In this document: positions 31,362 through 38,128 of the stretch, one piece after another
Layout of the letters: each line of letters begins with the position of its first letter
Position numbering within the stretch: the first letter of the stretch is position 1
NCBI GenBank assembly: GCA_016867095.1
Contig: VGKK01000002.1
Coordinates: 1-38,128, forward strand
Reading direction: 5' to 3'
Source: Candidatus Omnitrophota bacterium
Lineage (GTDB): Bacteria; Omnitrophota; Gorgyraeia; Gygaellales; Profunditerraquicolaceae
DNA: 38,128 bases
Notes under the pieces: generated by a model
The model's input: only the letters and a program-made list of their open reading frames with translations
The model's database searches: none
What the model was told of the DNA's origin: nothing
Program-made: the position numbers and the translations under genes

Positions 31362-32188
31362 TGAAAAATAATAAAAAAATAATCCTGATTGTGGTTTTGG
31401 CGGCGGCGCTGGCCGCGGCGCTTTTGTTTATCCGGAGGGAAAAAGAGCGTAACGGCAGAATTAAGGTTTCGGGGAATATAGAGGCAACCGAGGTGCGGCT
31501 TTCCTTTCGGGTTTCAGGCAAGATAAAAGAACTGTTGACTGATGAAGGCAGGCGCGTGAAAAAACAAGAGGTGGTCGCCCGGCTGGAAACCGATGAGTTG
31601 GAAAAAATCAAAAATGAAGCAGAGGCCTCGCTTAAGGCGGTAGAATATCAGTATGCCCTGGATAAGGCTGACGCTGATCGCGCGGAGAATCTTTTTACCG
31701 CCGGTTCCATCTCGGCGCAAAAAAGGGATTTAGCCAAGGCCAGGGCTGACGCGGATAAAGCCAATGCGGAAGCCATGAGGGCTTCCCTGGAGCTGGCCAG
31801 TACCAGGTTGGGGTTTGCCGAATTAGCCTCGCCCCTTGACGCTTTTGTGATGGTTAAGAGCGCCGAGGCAGGCGAAGTAGTGCAAGCCGGCTCCACCATT
31901 TTTACCATTACCGACCTGCAGGATATCTGGCTGACCGCCTACATTAATGAAACTGATTTAGCTCGGGTCAAACTCAACCAGCCGGCGCAAATCCGCGCGG
32001 ATACCTATCCGAATAAAAATTATAAAGGCCGGATTTCCTTTATTTCCCAGGAAGCGGAATTCACTCCCAAGCAGATTCAGACTACCGAAGAGCGGGTCAG
32101 GCTGGTCTATCGGATTAAAATTCAGGTGGACAATGCCAGCCTGGAGCTTAAACCCGGCATGCCCGCCGACGGGTATATTATGGAGTAA
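31361..32188 (+). CDS. HlyD-family periplasmic adaptor (YbhG-like)
   Basis: 275 aa with an N-terminal transmembrane anchor, a coiled-coil hairpin, and a C-terminal beta-barrel segment YRIKIQVDN....LKPGMPADGYI. The start overlaps the TolC stop codon. Confidence 0.85.
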   Translation: MKNNKKIILIVVLAAALAAALLFIRREKERNGRIKVSGNIEATEVRLSFRVSGKIKELLTDEGRRVKKQEVVARLETDELEKIKNEAEASLKAVEYQYALDKADADRAENLFTAGSISAQKRDLAKARADADKANAEAMRASLELASTRLGFAELASPLDAFVMVKSAEAGEVVQAGSTIFTITDLQDIWLTAYINETDLARVKLNQPAQIRADTYPNKNYKGRISFISQEAEFTPKQIQTTEERVRLVYRIKIQVDNASLELKPGMPADGYIME

Positions 32189-32213
32189 TGATGGGCCTGT
32201 TTATTTTTTGCGG

Positions 32214-32373
32214 GTTCTGCCAAGGCTTGTTTTCGCAGCACCGCTCGCATTTCCCCACCGAGGAAATGCTCGCTTGGAGTTTGCGCTCGCTCGCCCTCGC
32301 TGTCGCTCGGGCACCCTGGCCGCTCGCACAAACTACATGCTGCTTGAAATCAAGCCTTGTCACCCGCAAAAAA
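32214..32373. repeat. GC-rich ~160-bp structured inverted-repeat element built from GCTCGC words
   Basis: The outer arms ttttttgcgggt..ccaaggcttg / caagccttg..acccgcaaaaaa enclose gcatttcc-ccaccga-ggaaatgc and gcagca/tgctgc stems. It contains more than 6 gctcgc-like words. Confidence 0.75.
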
Positions 32374-32411
32374 TAGCGATTGCCGAAACTTTGACAGAAG
32401 AATGATACAAT

Positions 32412-32438
32412 GAACTGGTTGTAATTTGCAACCAGTTC
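32412..32438. repeat. Perfect hairpin/palindrome P2 (gaactggttg-taatttg-caaccagttc)
   Basis: A 10-bp perfect stem about 110 nt upstream of the ORF6N gene start. It is related to P1. Confidence 0.85.
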
Positions 32439-32547
32439 CAATTAAACTTCGGATACACTGGTGATAACTTGAATAAAGGGAACGGTTATAAAAATATTCG
32501 TTAGATTTTGTCACCCCTTACGTCTATTGTAGTAGGAGGTGGCAAAT

Positions 32548-33066
32548 ATGGCTAATTTAACTTCCGTCGAAGTAATCGCGACAAAGATTCTAGAGATACG
32601 TGGTAAGAAGGCGATGTTAGACAGCGAGCTGGCGCGGCTTTACGGCGTGGCAACAAAACAATTGATTCGTCAGGTAAAGAGAAATATTGCTCGGTTTCCG
32701 GAAGACTTTATGTATCCACTTACACAGCAAGAAGTTGCAAACTTGAGGTGCCAATTTGGCACCTCAAGATGGGGTGGCAGGAGATATCCACCGTTGGTAT
32801 TTACTCAAGAAGGCGTGGCTATGCTATCTAGTGTCCTGAATAGCAAAAGAGCCATCCTGGTTAATATCCTGATTATGCGCGCCTTCGTGAAATTGAAAGA
32901 GTTATTGCTGACGCATAAGGATCTCGCCGCCAAAATCAATGCCCTGGAAAGAAAGTACGCCGAACATGATAACAAGATTAAACAGGTATTTGATGCAATC
33001 CGTCGCCTTATGCAGCTGCCGGATGATTCAAAAAGAGTAATTGCCGGCTTTAAAGTTATGAAGTAA
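32548..33066 (+). CDS. ORF6N (KilA-N-related) domain DNA-binding protein
   Basis: IRGKKAMLDSELARLYGVATKQLIRQVKRNIARFPEDFMYPLTQQE...PPLVFTQEGVAMLSSVL.S..A is the ORF6N pattern. A C-terminal coiled coil follows. The RBS aggagg lies 8 nt before the ATG at 32548. Confidence 0.8.
   Translation: MANLTSVEVIATKILEIRGKKAMLDSELARLYGVATKQLIRQVKRNIARFPEDFMYPLTQQEVANLRCQFGTSRWGGRRYPPLVFTQEGVAMLSSVLNSKRAILVNILIMRAFVKLKELLLTHKDLAAKINALERKYAEHDNKIKQVFDAIRRLMQLPDDSKRVIAGFKVMK
32742..32768. repeat. Perfect 13+1+13 palindrome P3 inside the ORF6N coding sequence
   Basis: cttgaggtgccaa-t-ttggcacctcaag, encoding NLRCQFGTSR. Confidence 0.9.
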
Positions 33067-33119
33067 AATCCAGATAAATATTCGCTCTAGCCGTAATTCG
33101 CAACCGGTTTATGCAGTTG

Positions 33120-33195
33120 TTTTGCGGGTTCTGGCAAGGTGGACTTTTCGCTTGTATCGCGTTTGTCCTAAGCCCGCCTCGTCCCCCACAAAAAT
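33120..33195. repeat. Shorter relative of the 32214-32373 element
   Basis: It starts with ttttgcgggttctggcaagg, a 19/20 match to 32216-32235. It closes with gtcc..agcccgc and cccacaaaaa. Confidence 0.6.
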
Positions 33196-33217
33196 TAGCC
33201 CAAAGTGAGATTTGCTT

Positions 33218-33499
33218 ATGGCAGTAATTCATAATAAACATCCAATAAAACAATCATTTCGCAATTGGATTAATAATTATCCTGAGTCATTCCATTGGTG
33301 TGATATGGATCGATTTTATATTTTTGTTAAATGCGTATGTCGTTATAGTAGGAAAATTAAAGGTTACCAGTGGTTAAAAAAGAAAATAGAGAAAACCGAC
33401 AAGAAATTATCTAAAGACGTAATTGATATATATTGCCATAAGTTTATTGAACTTCAGAAATTCTATAGTGCTTCATGTTTGCAAATTTATGAAAGTTAG
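33218..33499 (+). CDS. Hypothetical small protein (93 aa), AT-rich, no recognisable domain
   Basis: An open frame with ATG at 33218. Local GC is ~32% (19/60 at 33241-33300). The protein is Lys/Cys/Tyr-rich, and I recognise no homology. Confidence 0.35.
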   Translation: MAVIHNKHPIKQSFRNWINNYPESFHWCDMDRFYIFVKCVCRYSRKIKGYQWLKKKIEKTDKKLSKDVIDIYCHKFIELQKFYSASCLQIYES

Positions 33500-33799
33500 T
33501 TAATAGAATGGATATGCAATAAGGGGGATATTTCGATTTAGCGGGTGGCGAGGCATGTTTGGAGCTTCGCTAAATTTTGCGAGGGTGTTTGTGAGCGTGC
33601 ATAAGAAATTTTTTGGCAAAAGTCTGCAAGGATTTACGACGAGAGAGCGCGGAAACCGACCATCGTAACCGCAGGTCACCGAATTTTAAGCAGGCGAACG
33701 AGGAGTAAGCCGTAGCAGACGGCAAAAAATTTCAGCACGCGAGCAAATACCTGAAGCAAAATACCAACGATAAGACCCGCTAGGGGCGATGGATAAATT

Positions 33800-34531
33800 A
33801 TGATTACCATAAAGGCGCAGGGGTTGACGAGGAAATTTAATTCCACGACCGCGGTAAATAATCTCAACCTGGAAATTGAGGAGGGGGAGATATTTGGCCT
33901 GGTGGGCCCGGACGGCGCCGGCAAGACCACTACAATGCGGCTTTTAACCGGCATCCTTGAGCCGAATTCAGGCGAGGCCTGGGTTTTTAATAAGCATATT
34001 GTCAAGGAATCCGAAGGCCTGAAAGACCATATCGGATATATGTCGCAGCGTTTCGGGCTTTATGAAGATTTGACTGTGCTGGAGAATTTGCATTTTTACG
34101 CCGATATTTATGATGTGCCGTATAAAGAGCGGCCAGGGCGCATTGAGCGGCTGATGAGTTTCAGCGGCCTGGGGCCTTTTCAGAAAAGGCTTGCCCGGCA
34201 TCTCTCCGGCGGGATGAAGCAGAAATTGGGCTTAAGCTGCGCGCTCATCCATACCCCCAAGGTCCTTTTTCTGGATGAGCCGACCAGCGGCGTTGACCCG
34301 GTCTCAAGGAGGGATTTCTGGCGGATACTTTACCAGCTTTTAAGAGAAAAAGTCACCATCCTGTTTTCTACATCCTATCTTGATGAGGCCGAGCGCTGCC
34401 GCCGGGTCGGGCTTATCCATAAGGGGAGCCTTTTAAAATGCGACATCCCCGCGAATATCAAAAAAGAGCGCCGCTCCGAAACCCTGGAGCAGGCATTCAT
34501 CTCTATTATAAATAGCTATGAAAAACCCTGA
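33800..34531 (+). CDS. ABC transporter ATP-binding protein (equivalent to the N-terminal half of YbhF)
   Basis: Walker A GPDGAGKTT, Q-loop, signature LSGGMKQKL, Walker B LFLDEPTSGVD. Confidence 0.9.
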   Translation: MITIKAQGLTRKFNSTTAVNNLNLEIEEGEIFGLVGPDGAGKTTTMRLLTGILEPNSGEAWVFNKHIVKESEGLKDHIGYMSQRFGLYEDLTVLENLHFYADIYDVPYKERPGRIERLMSFSGLGPFQKRLARHLSGGMKQKLGLSCALIHTPKVLFLDEPTSGVDPVSRRDFWRILYQLLREKVTILFSTSYLDEAERCRRVGLIHKGSLLKCDIPANIKKERRSETLEQAFISIINSYEKP

Positions 34532-34536
34532 ATATA

Positions 34537-34645
34537 AGTCAAAACTCAAAAGTCAAAAGTAAAAAGTTCAAGGCAAAATTCAAAAGTTTTTTAAGTTTTT
34601 ACTTTTTACTTGCACTTTTGACTTTTTACTTTTACCTTTTGACTT
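34537..34645. repeat. 107-bp CAAAAG/CTTTTG word palindrome, copy 2, between the two ABC ATPase genes
   Basis: It is identical to 3841-3947 except at the central loop (ttttttaagttttt versus tttttaattttt). Confidence 0.85.
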
Positions 34646-34663
34646 AGACAGGATTTAATAATT

Positions 34664-35599
34664 ATGAGTAATAATATTGCCGTCAGCGCCAAGGATTTGG
34701 AAAAGAAATTCGGGAATTTTGTCGCCGTTAACCGGATTAGTTTTGAAGTCAGGCGCGGGGAAATATTCGGCTTCCTGGGGCCTAATGGCGCGGGAAAATC
34801 CACGACCATCAGGATGCTCTGCGGCCTGCTCCTGCCTACTTCAGGCGCCGGCCATGTGGGTGGATATGATATTAATCGCCAGCAGGAATTCATCAAGCAG
34901 AATATCGGCTATATGTCGCAAAAATTTTCGCTTTATGAAGACCTGACGGTTGAAGAAAATATTGATTTTTACAGCGGTATTTATAAAGTGCCCGGGCAAT
35001 ATAAGAAGGAGCGCGCAGAGCGGGTAATCCGCATGGCCGGGATTGAAGAATTCAGGAAGAGCCTCAGCGGCATTTTATCCGGAGGATGGAAGCAGAGGCT
35101 GGCCCTGGGTTGCGCCATCATTCACCAACCCAAAATAGTTTTTTTAGACGAGCCGACCAGCGGTGTTGACCCCATTGCCCGGAATAATTTCTGGAAGTTG
35201 ATTAAAGAAATGGCCGAGGAGGGCACCACCGTATTTGTGACTACCCATTATATGGACGAGGCCCAGAATTGCGACCGCCTAGCCTTAATTTACCAGGGCG
35301 CGCTTATTGCCACCGGAGCGCCCGAAGATTTAAAGAAGCAATGTATGCGCGAGGAGGTTTTAAAAATATCCGTCCCGGAGCCATTGGAATGGGCGGAAAG
35401 GTTAGAAAAACTGGAATTCGTAAAAGAGATGGCGCTTTTCGGAGTGGTTTTGCACGCGATTGTTAAGGATGCGGACCAGGCTATACCGGTTTTTTCCCGG
35501 CTATTTTCCCAGGAGGGGATTAAAGACGCCCGGATAGAGAAAATTCAGCCGTCCTTAGAGGATGTTTTCATTTCCCTGATTGAATCTTACGACAAATAG
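34664..35599 (+). CDS. ABC transporter ATP-binding protein (equivalent to the C-terminal half of YbhF)
   Basis: Walker A GPNGAGKST, signature LSGGWKQRL, Walker B VFLDEPTSGVD, plus a C-terminal accessory domain. Confidence 0.9.
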   Translation: MSNNIAVSAKDLEKKFGNFVAVNRISFEVRRGEIFGFLGPNGAGKSTTIRMLCGLLLPTSGAGHVGGYDINRQQEFIKQNIGYMSQKFSLYEDLTVEENIDFYSGIYKVPGQYKKERAERVIRMAGIEEFRKSLSGILSGGWKQRLALGCAIIHQPKIVFLDEPTSGVDPIARNNFWKLIKEMAEEGTTVFVTTHYMDEAQNCDRLALIYQGALIATGAPEDLKKQCMREEVLKISVPEPLEWAERLEKLEFVKEMALFGVVLHAIVKDADQAIPVFSRLFSQEGIKDARIEKIQPSLEDVFISLIESYDK

Positions 35600-35662
35600 G
35601 CGGGAAGCTGCGAGCCCCGTCTTTCCTAAAGGAGCGGGGTGCATATTGAAAGGAAGAGCGGG

Positions 35663-36793
35663 GTGAACTTAAGGCGAGTTAGCGCGATTACCAAGAAGGA
35701 ATTTATCCAGATTGTCCGGGATTACCGCAGCCTGGGCCTGGCGCTGATTAACCCGGTGCTTTTATTGTGCATCTTTGGCTTTGCCCTTTCCCTGGATGTA
35801 AACAGCGTGCCGATGGCAATCTGGAACCAGGATAAAACCCAGGTCTCCAATGATTTTATCCTGGATTTCCAGAATTCCCCCTATTTTAAAATTGTCGGTT
35901 ATTTTGATAACTATACCGAGCTGCAGAATTATATTGATAGAAGAAAAGCAATGATGGCTATGGTTATCCCCAAGGACTTCTCCAAAATTATCAATTCTCA
36001 ACAGGCCGCGCCGGTGCAGTTGCTGGTGGACGGAAGCGACGCCAATACCGCCACCATTGCCCTGGGGTATGTTAACGCGATGGTCGCCAAATACAACGCC
36101 AAGTTTGTGAATGCCTCGCTTTCTAAATTGGGCCTGAAGGATTTTTCCCCCATAGATGTCCGGCCGCGGGTCTGGTTTAATGAAGATTTAAAGAGCAAGA
36201 ATTATATTGTCCCCGGCCTGATTGCCTTGATTATGATGATGATTGCCGCCCAGCTTGCCTCCATAACCATTGCCCGGGAATGGGAAAGAGGCACCATGGA
36301 ACAGCTGATTTCTACTCCGGTGCGGCCAGGGGAACTCATCCTGGGCAAATTCATCCCTTATTTTATGATTGGTTTTTTTGACCTGCTGGTGGCGGTGGCT
36401 ATGGCAGAATTTGTTTTTCGCGTTCCCCTAAAGGGGAGTTTAACTTTATTGCTTATCTTAAGCAGTATTTTTCTTTGCGGGGCCCTGGCGCAGGGGATTT
36501 ATTTTTCCGTGGTGGCTAAGAACCAGCGCCTGGCCACGCAAATGGCGGTCTTGACCACCTTCCTGCCGACCTTTATACTTTCCGGCTTTGTCTTTCCCAT
36601 TTACAATATGCCCAAGCTGATACAAGCCACGACCTATATAGTTCCGGCGCGCTATTTTATCGCCATACTCAAGGGGATTTATTTAAAAGGCCAGGGAATG
36701 GATGTTTTGTGGCGGCCGACCCTGTTCCTGTTGATTTTTTCGTCAATGATGATATTTTTTGCTTACCGGCGCTTTAAAAAGAAGGTTAGCTGA
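35663..36793 (+). CDS. ABC-2 type transporter permease (YbhS/YbhR-like)
   Basis: A GTG at 35663 after aggaag gives MNLRRVSAITKKEFIQIVRD, parallel to the paralog MFERIRAILIKEFKQVFRD. There is a large periplasmic loop followed by 5 transmembrane helices and an EREWERGTMEQL-type motif. The track ORF starts at 35639. Confidence 0.85.
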   Translation: MNLRRVSAITKKEFIQIVRDYRSLGLALINPVLLLCIFGFALSLDVNSVPMAIWNQDKTQVSNDFILDFQNSPYFKIVGYFDNYTELQNYIDRRKAMMAMVIPKDFSKIINSQQAAPVQLLVDGSDANTATIALGYVNAMVAKYNAKFVNASLSKLGLKDFSPIDVRPRVWFNEDLKSKNYIVPGLIALIMMMIAAQLASITIAREWERGTMEQLISTPVRPGELILGKFIPYFMIGFFDLLVAVAMAEFVFRVPLKGSLTLLLILSSIFLCGALAQGIYFSVVAKNQRLATQMAVLTTFLPTFILSGFVFPIYNMPKLIQATTYIVPARYFIAILKGIYLKGQGMDVLWRPTLFLLIFSSMMIFFAYRRFKKKVS

Positions 36794-37923
36794 TGTTTGA
36801 ACGCATCCGGGCCATTCTTATTAAGGAATTCAAGCAGGTCTTTCGCGACCCGCGGATGAGGACAATGATTTTTATTTCTCCGCTCCTGCAGGTGTTCATT
36901 TTCGGCTATGCCGCCAGTACCGACGTAAGAAATATCCCTACCGCGATATACGACCTGGATAATACCGCTCAGAGCCGCCAGGTCATCCGGGCTTTCTCTT
37001 TTTCCAAATATTTTAGCATAAAAAAATATATCTCTAACGACACACAGGAAAAAGAATTGATTGATAAGGCGCAGGTTTCCGTAGTGCTGCGTTTTAACCG
37101 CGGCTTTGCCCGGGATTTAGAAGCCAATAAAGGCGCCCAGTTACAGATTATCGTGGATGGCACAGATTCAAATACCGCCTCCATTGCCCTGGCTTACGCC
37201 AACAAGATTATCCAGAAATACTCTAGTTCAATATTAGAAAGGCGCGCCGATATCCTGTTAAAACAGAGGCTGGCCTTTCCGAGCGTAGAGCTTAAGGACC
37301 GGCCCTGGTTTAATGAAAACCTGGAATCAAGGAACTATTTTATCCCCGGGGTCATTGCCATGCTGGTGACCGTTACTTCCCTCTTGATGACTGCCTTGGC
37401 TATAGTCCGGGAAAAGGAAATCGGCACCATGGAGCAGCTGCTGGTTTCGCCGATTAAGCCCATTGAGTTTATTTTAGGAAAGCTCGCGCCCTTTGCGGCG
37501 TTGAGTTTCATTGACCTGATCTTTATCGCCCTGACCGGGATCCTCTGGTTCCATATTCCTATGCGGGGCAGCCTGTTATTGCTCGTTGGCGCCACCTGTA
37601 TTTACCTGTTGACTACGCTGGGCGCGGGGTTATTTATCTCCACTATTTCCTCAACGCAGCAGGAAGCGGCAATGTCCGTATTTTTATTCCTGCCGGTGAT
37701 GAATTTGTTTTCGGGCTTTGCCTTTCCTATTACCAGTATGCCCAAGGCTGCGCAGTACTTTACCTATATTATACCGCTACGCTATTACCTGGAGATTGTC
37801 AGGGGGATATTCTTGAAGGGGGTAGGGATAAACATCCTCTGGCCGCAGCTGTCGGCCTTGCTTGTCATCGGTGTCAGCGTAATCGCCATGAGCTCCTTAA
37901 GATTCCACAAGAGGCTGGGATAA
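36793..37923 (+). CDS. ABC-2 type transporter permease (YbhR/YbhS-like paralog)
   Basis: 376 aa with the same architecture as the preceding gene (VREKEIGTMEQLLVSP). The start overlaps the upstream stop codon (ATGA-type). Confidence 0.9.
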   Translation: MFERIRAILIKEFKQVFRDPRMRTMIFISPLLQVFIFGYAASTDVRNIPTAIYDLDNTAQSRQVIRAFSFSKYFSIKKYISNDTQEKELIDKAQVSVVLRFNRGFARDLEANKGAQLQIIVDGTDSNTASIALAYANKIIQKYSSSILERRADILLKQRLAFPSVELKDRPWFNENLESRNYFIPGVIAMLVTVTSLLMTALAIVREKEIGTMEQLLVSPIKPIEFILGKLAPFAALSFIDLIFIALTGILWFHIPMRGSLLLLVGATCIYLLTTLGAGLFISTISSTQQEAAMSVFLFLPVMNLFSGFAFPITSMPKAAQYFTYIIPLRYYLEIVRGIFLKGVGINILWPQLSALLVIGVSVIAMSSLRFHKRLG

Positions 37924-37970
37924 CCGCCGTTTTCGGTTGTAAACCCGGCGACGGATGTTATAATAAGTGA

Positions 37971-38003
37971 GGCCACGACTTACGTTCCGTAAGTCGTATG
38001 GCC
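37971..38003. repeat. Flanking hairpin (ggccacgacttacg-ttc-cgtaagtcgtatggcc), preceded by gtgag
   Basis: An inverted repeat with the ACTTACG core that abuts TIR element D. Confidence 0.75.
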
Positions 38004-38121
38004 GAACTTATCCAGCACTAATTTTATGAAACGCTTAAAGTTAGCTCATAGGGGTTGCTATGGCATCAACCCTTATCAGATAAAGATAAGGCTTTATAAA
38101 AATTAGTGCTGGGTTAATTCG
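38004..38121. repeat. ~118-bp TIR element, copy D (its right-flank hairpin is cut by the window end)
   Basis: gaacttatccagcactaatttt ... aaaattagtgctgggttaattcg. It is collinear with copy B and has inner hairpins gggttg-ctatggcat-caaccc and ataaag-ataagg-ctttat. Confidence 0.85.
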
Positions 38122-38128
38122 CGCAATA

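Noticed and set aside
32133-32441. ORFs 32133..32405 +, 32188..32376 + and 32178..32441 -
   Set aside because: They overlap each other across the GC-rich GCTCGC-word inverted repeat and translate to Ala/Arg/Leu/Pro low-complexity strings. No RBS is present.
33555-33668. 37-codon ORF (MFGASLNFARVFVSVHKKFFGKSLQGFTTRERGNRPS) in the non-coding stretch before the ABC ATPase genes
   Set aside because: It is short, has no recognisable motif and only a weak RBS, and overlaps a hairpin (atttagcg/cgctaaat). There is not enough evidence to call a gene.
1-38128. tRNA, rRNA and known riboswitch genes
   Set aside because: I inspected the intergenic regions by eye for T-loop (GTTCGAATC-like) and acceptor-stem patterns or familiar riboswitch cores and found none. 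A tRNAscan/Infernal run would be needed to be certain.

Overview
The window looks like a contig from an uncultivated Gram-negative (diderm) bacterium. The lineage cannot be determined from the sequence alone. Most of it is a housekeeping backbone, almost all on the + strand: fusA (5' partial), a reduced ychF-like gene, purH, folC, dinG, mnmE, folE, comM (- strand), accA, an L,D-transpeptidase, a GT39 glycosyltransferase, and a pilin-like gene next to a LamG/PKD surface protein. Several accessory or unusual regions interrupt it. (1) A Type III restriction-modification island (mod 7564-9669, res 11264-13939) has an AAA+/PD-(D/E)xK-like ATPase gene (9740-11254) wedged between mod and res. A paralog of that ATPase lies at 21474-22637. 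(2) folE is interrupted by a 329-aa LAGLIDADG intein (15987-16973), inserted exactly at the conserved HMC cysteine of GTP cyclohydrolase I. (3) A PadR / AbrB / TolC / HlyD / ABC-2 (YbhGFSR-like) efflux cluster carries a deletion scar (a truncated TolC gene fused out of frame to the last ~55 codons of an FtsX/MacB-type permease). The same cluster carries a 1.6-kb ORF6N-containing insertion between the adaptor and ATPase genes. (4) The non-coding repeat content is very rich. It includes four copies of a ~118-bp element with perfect terminal inverted repeats, always bracketed by 'ACTTACG' hairpins. It also includes a conserved ~85-nt multi-hairpin element (2 copies), two ~98% identical 107-bp A/T 'word' palindromes that fill operon spacers, and a 5+5 'TATCAGA' palindrome. 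Further items are a family of related perfect palindromes, and 7-bp and 8-bp tandem repeats sitting in frame inside folC and mnmE. No tRNA, rRNA, CRISPR array or transposase gene was seen. All calls come from reading the translations and the DNA by eye. No database search was run.
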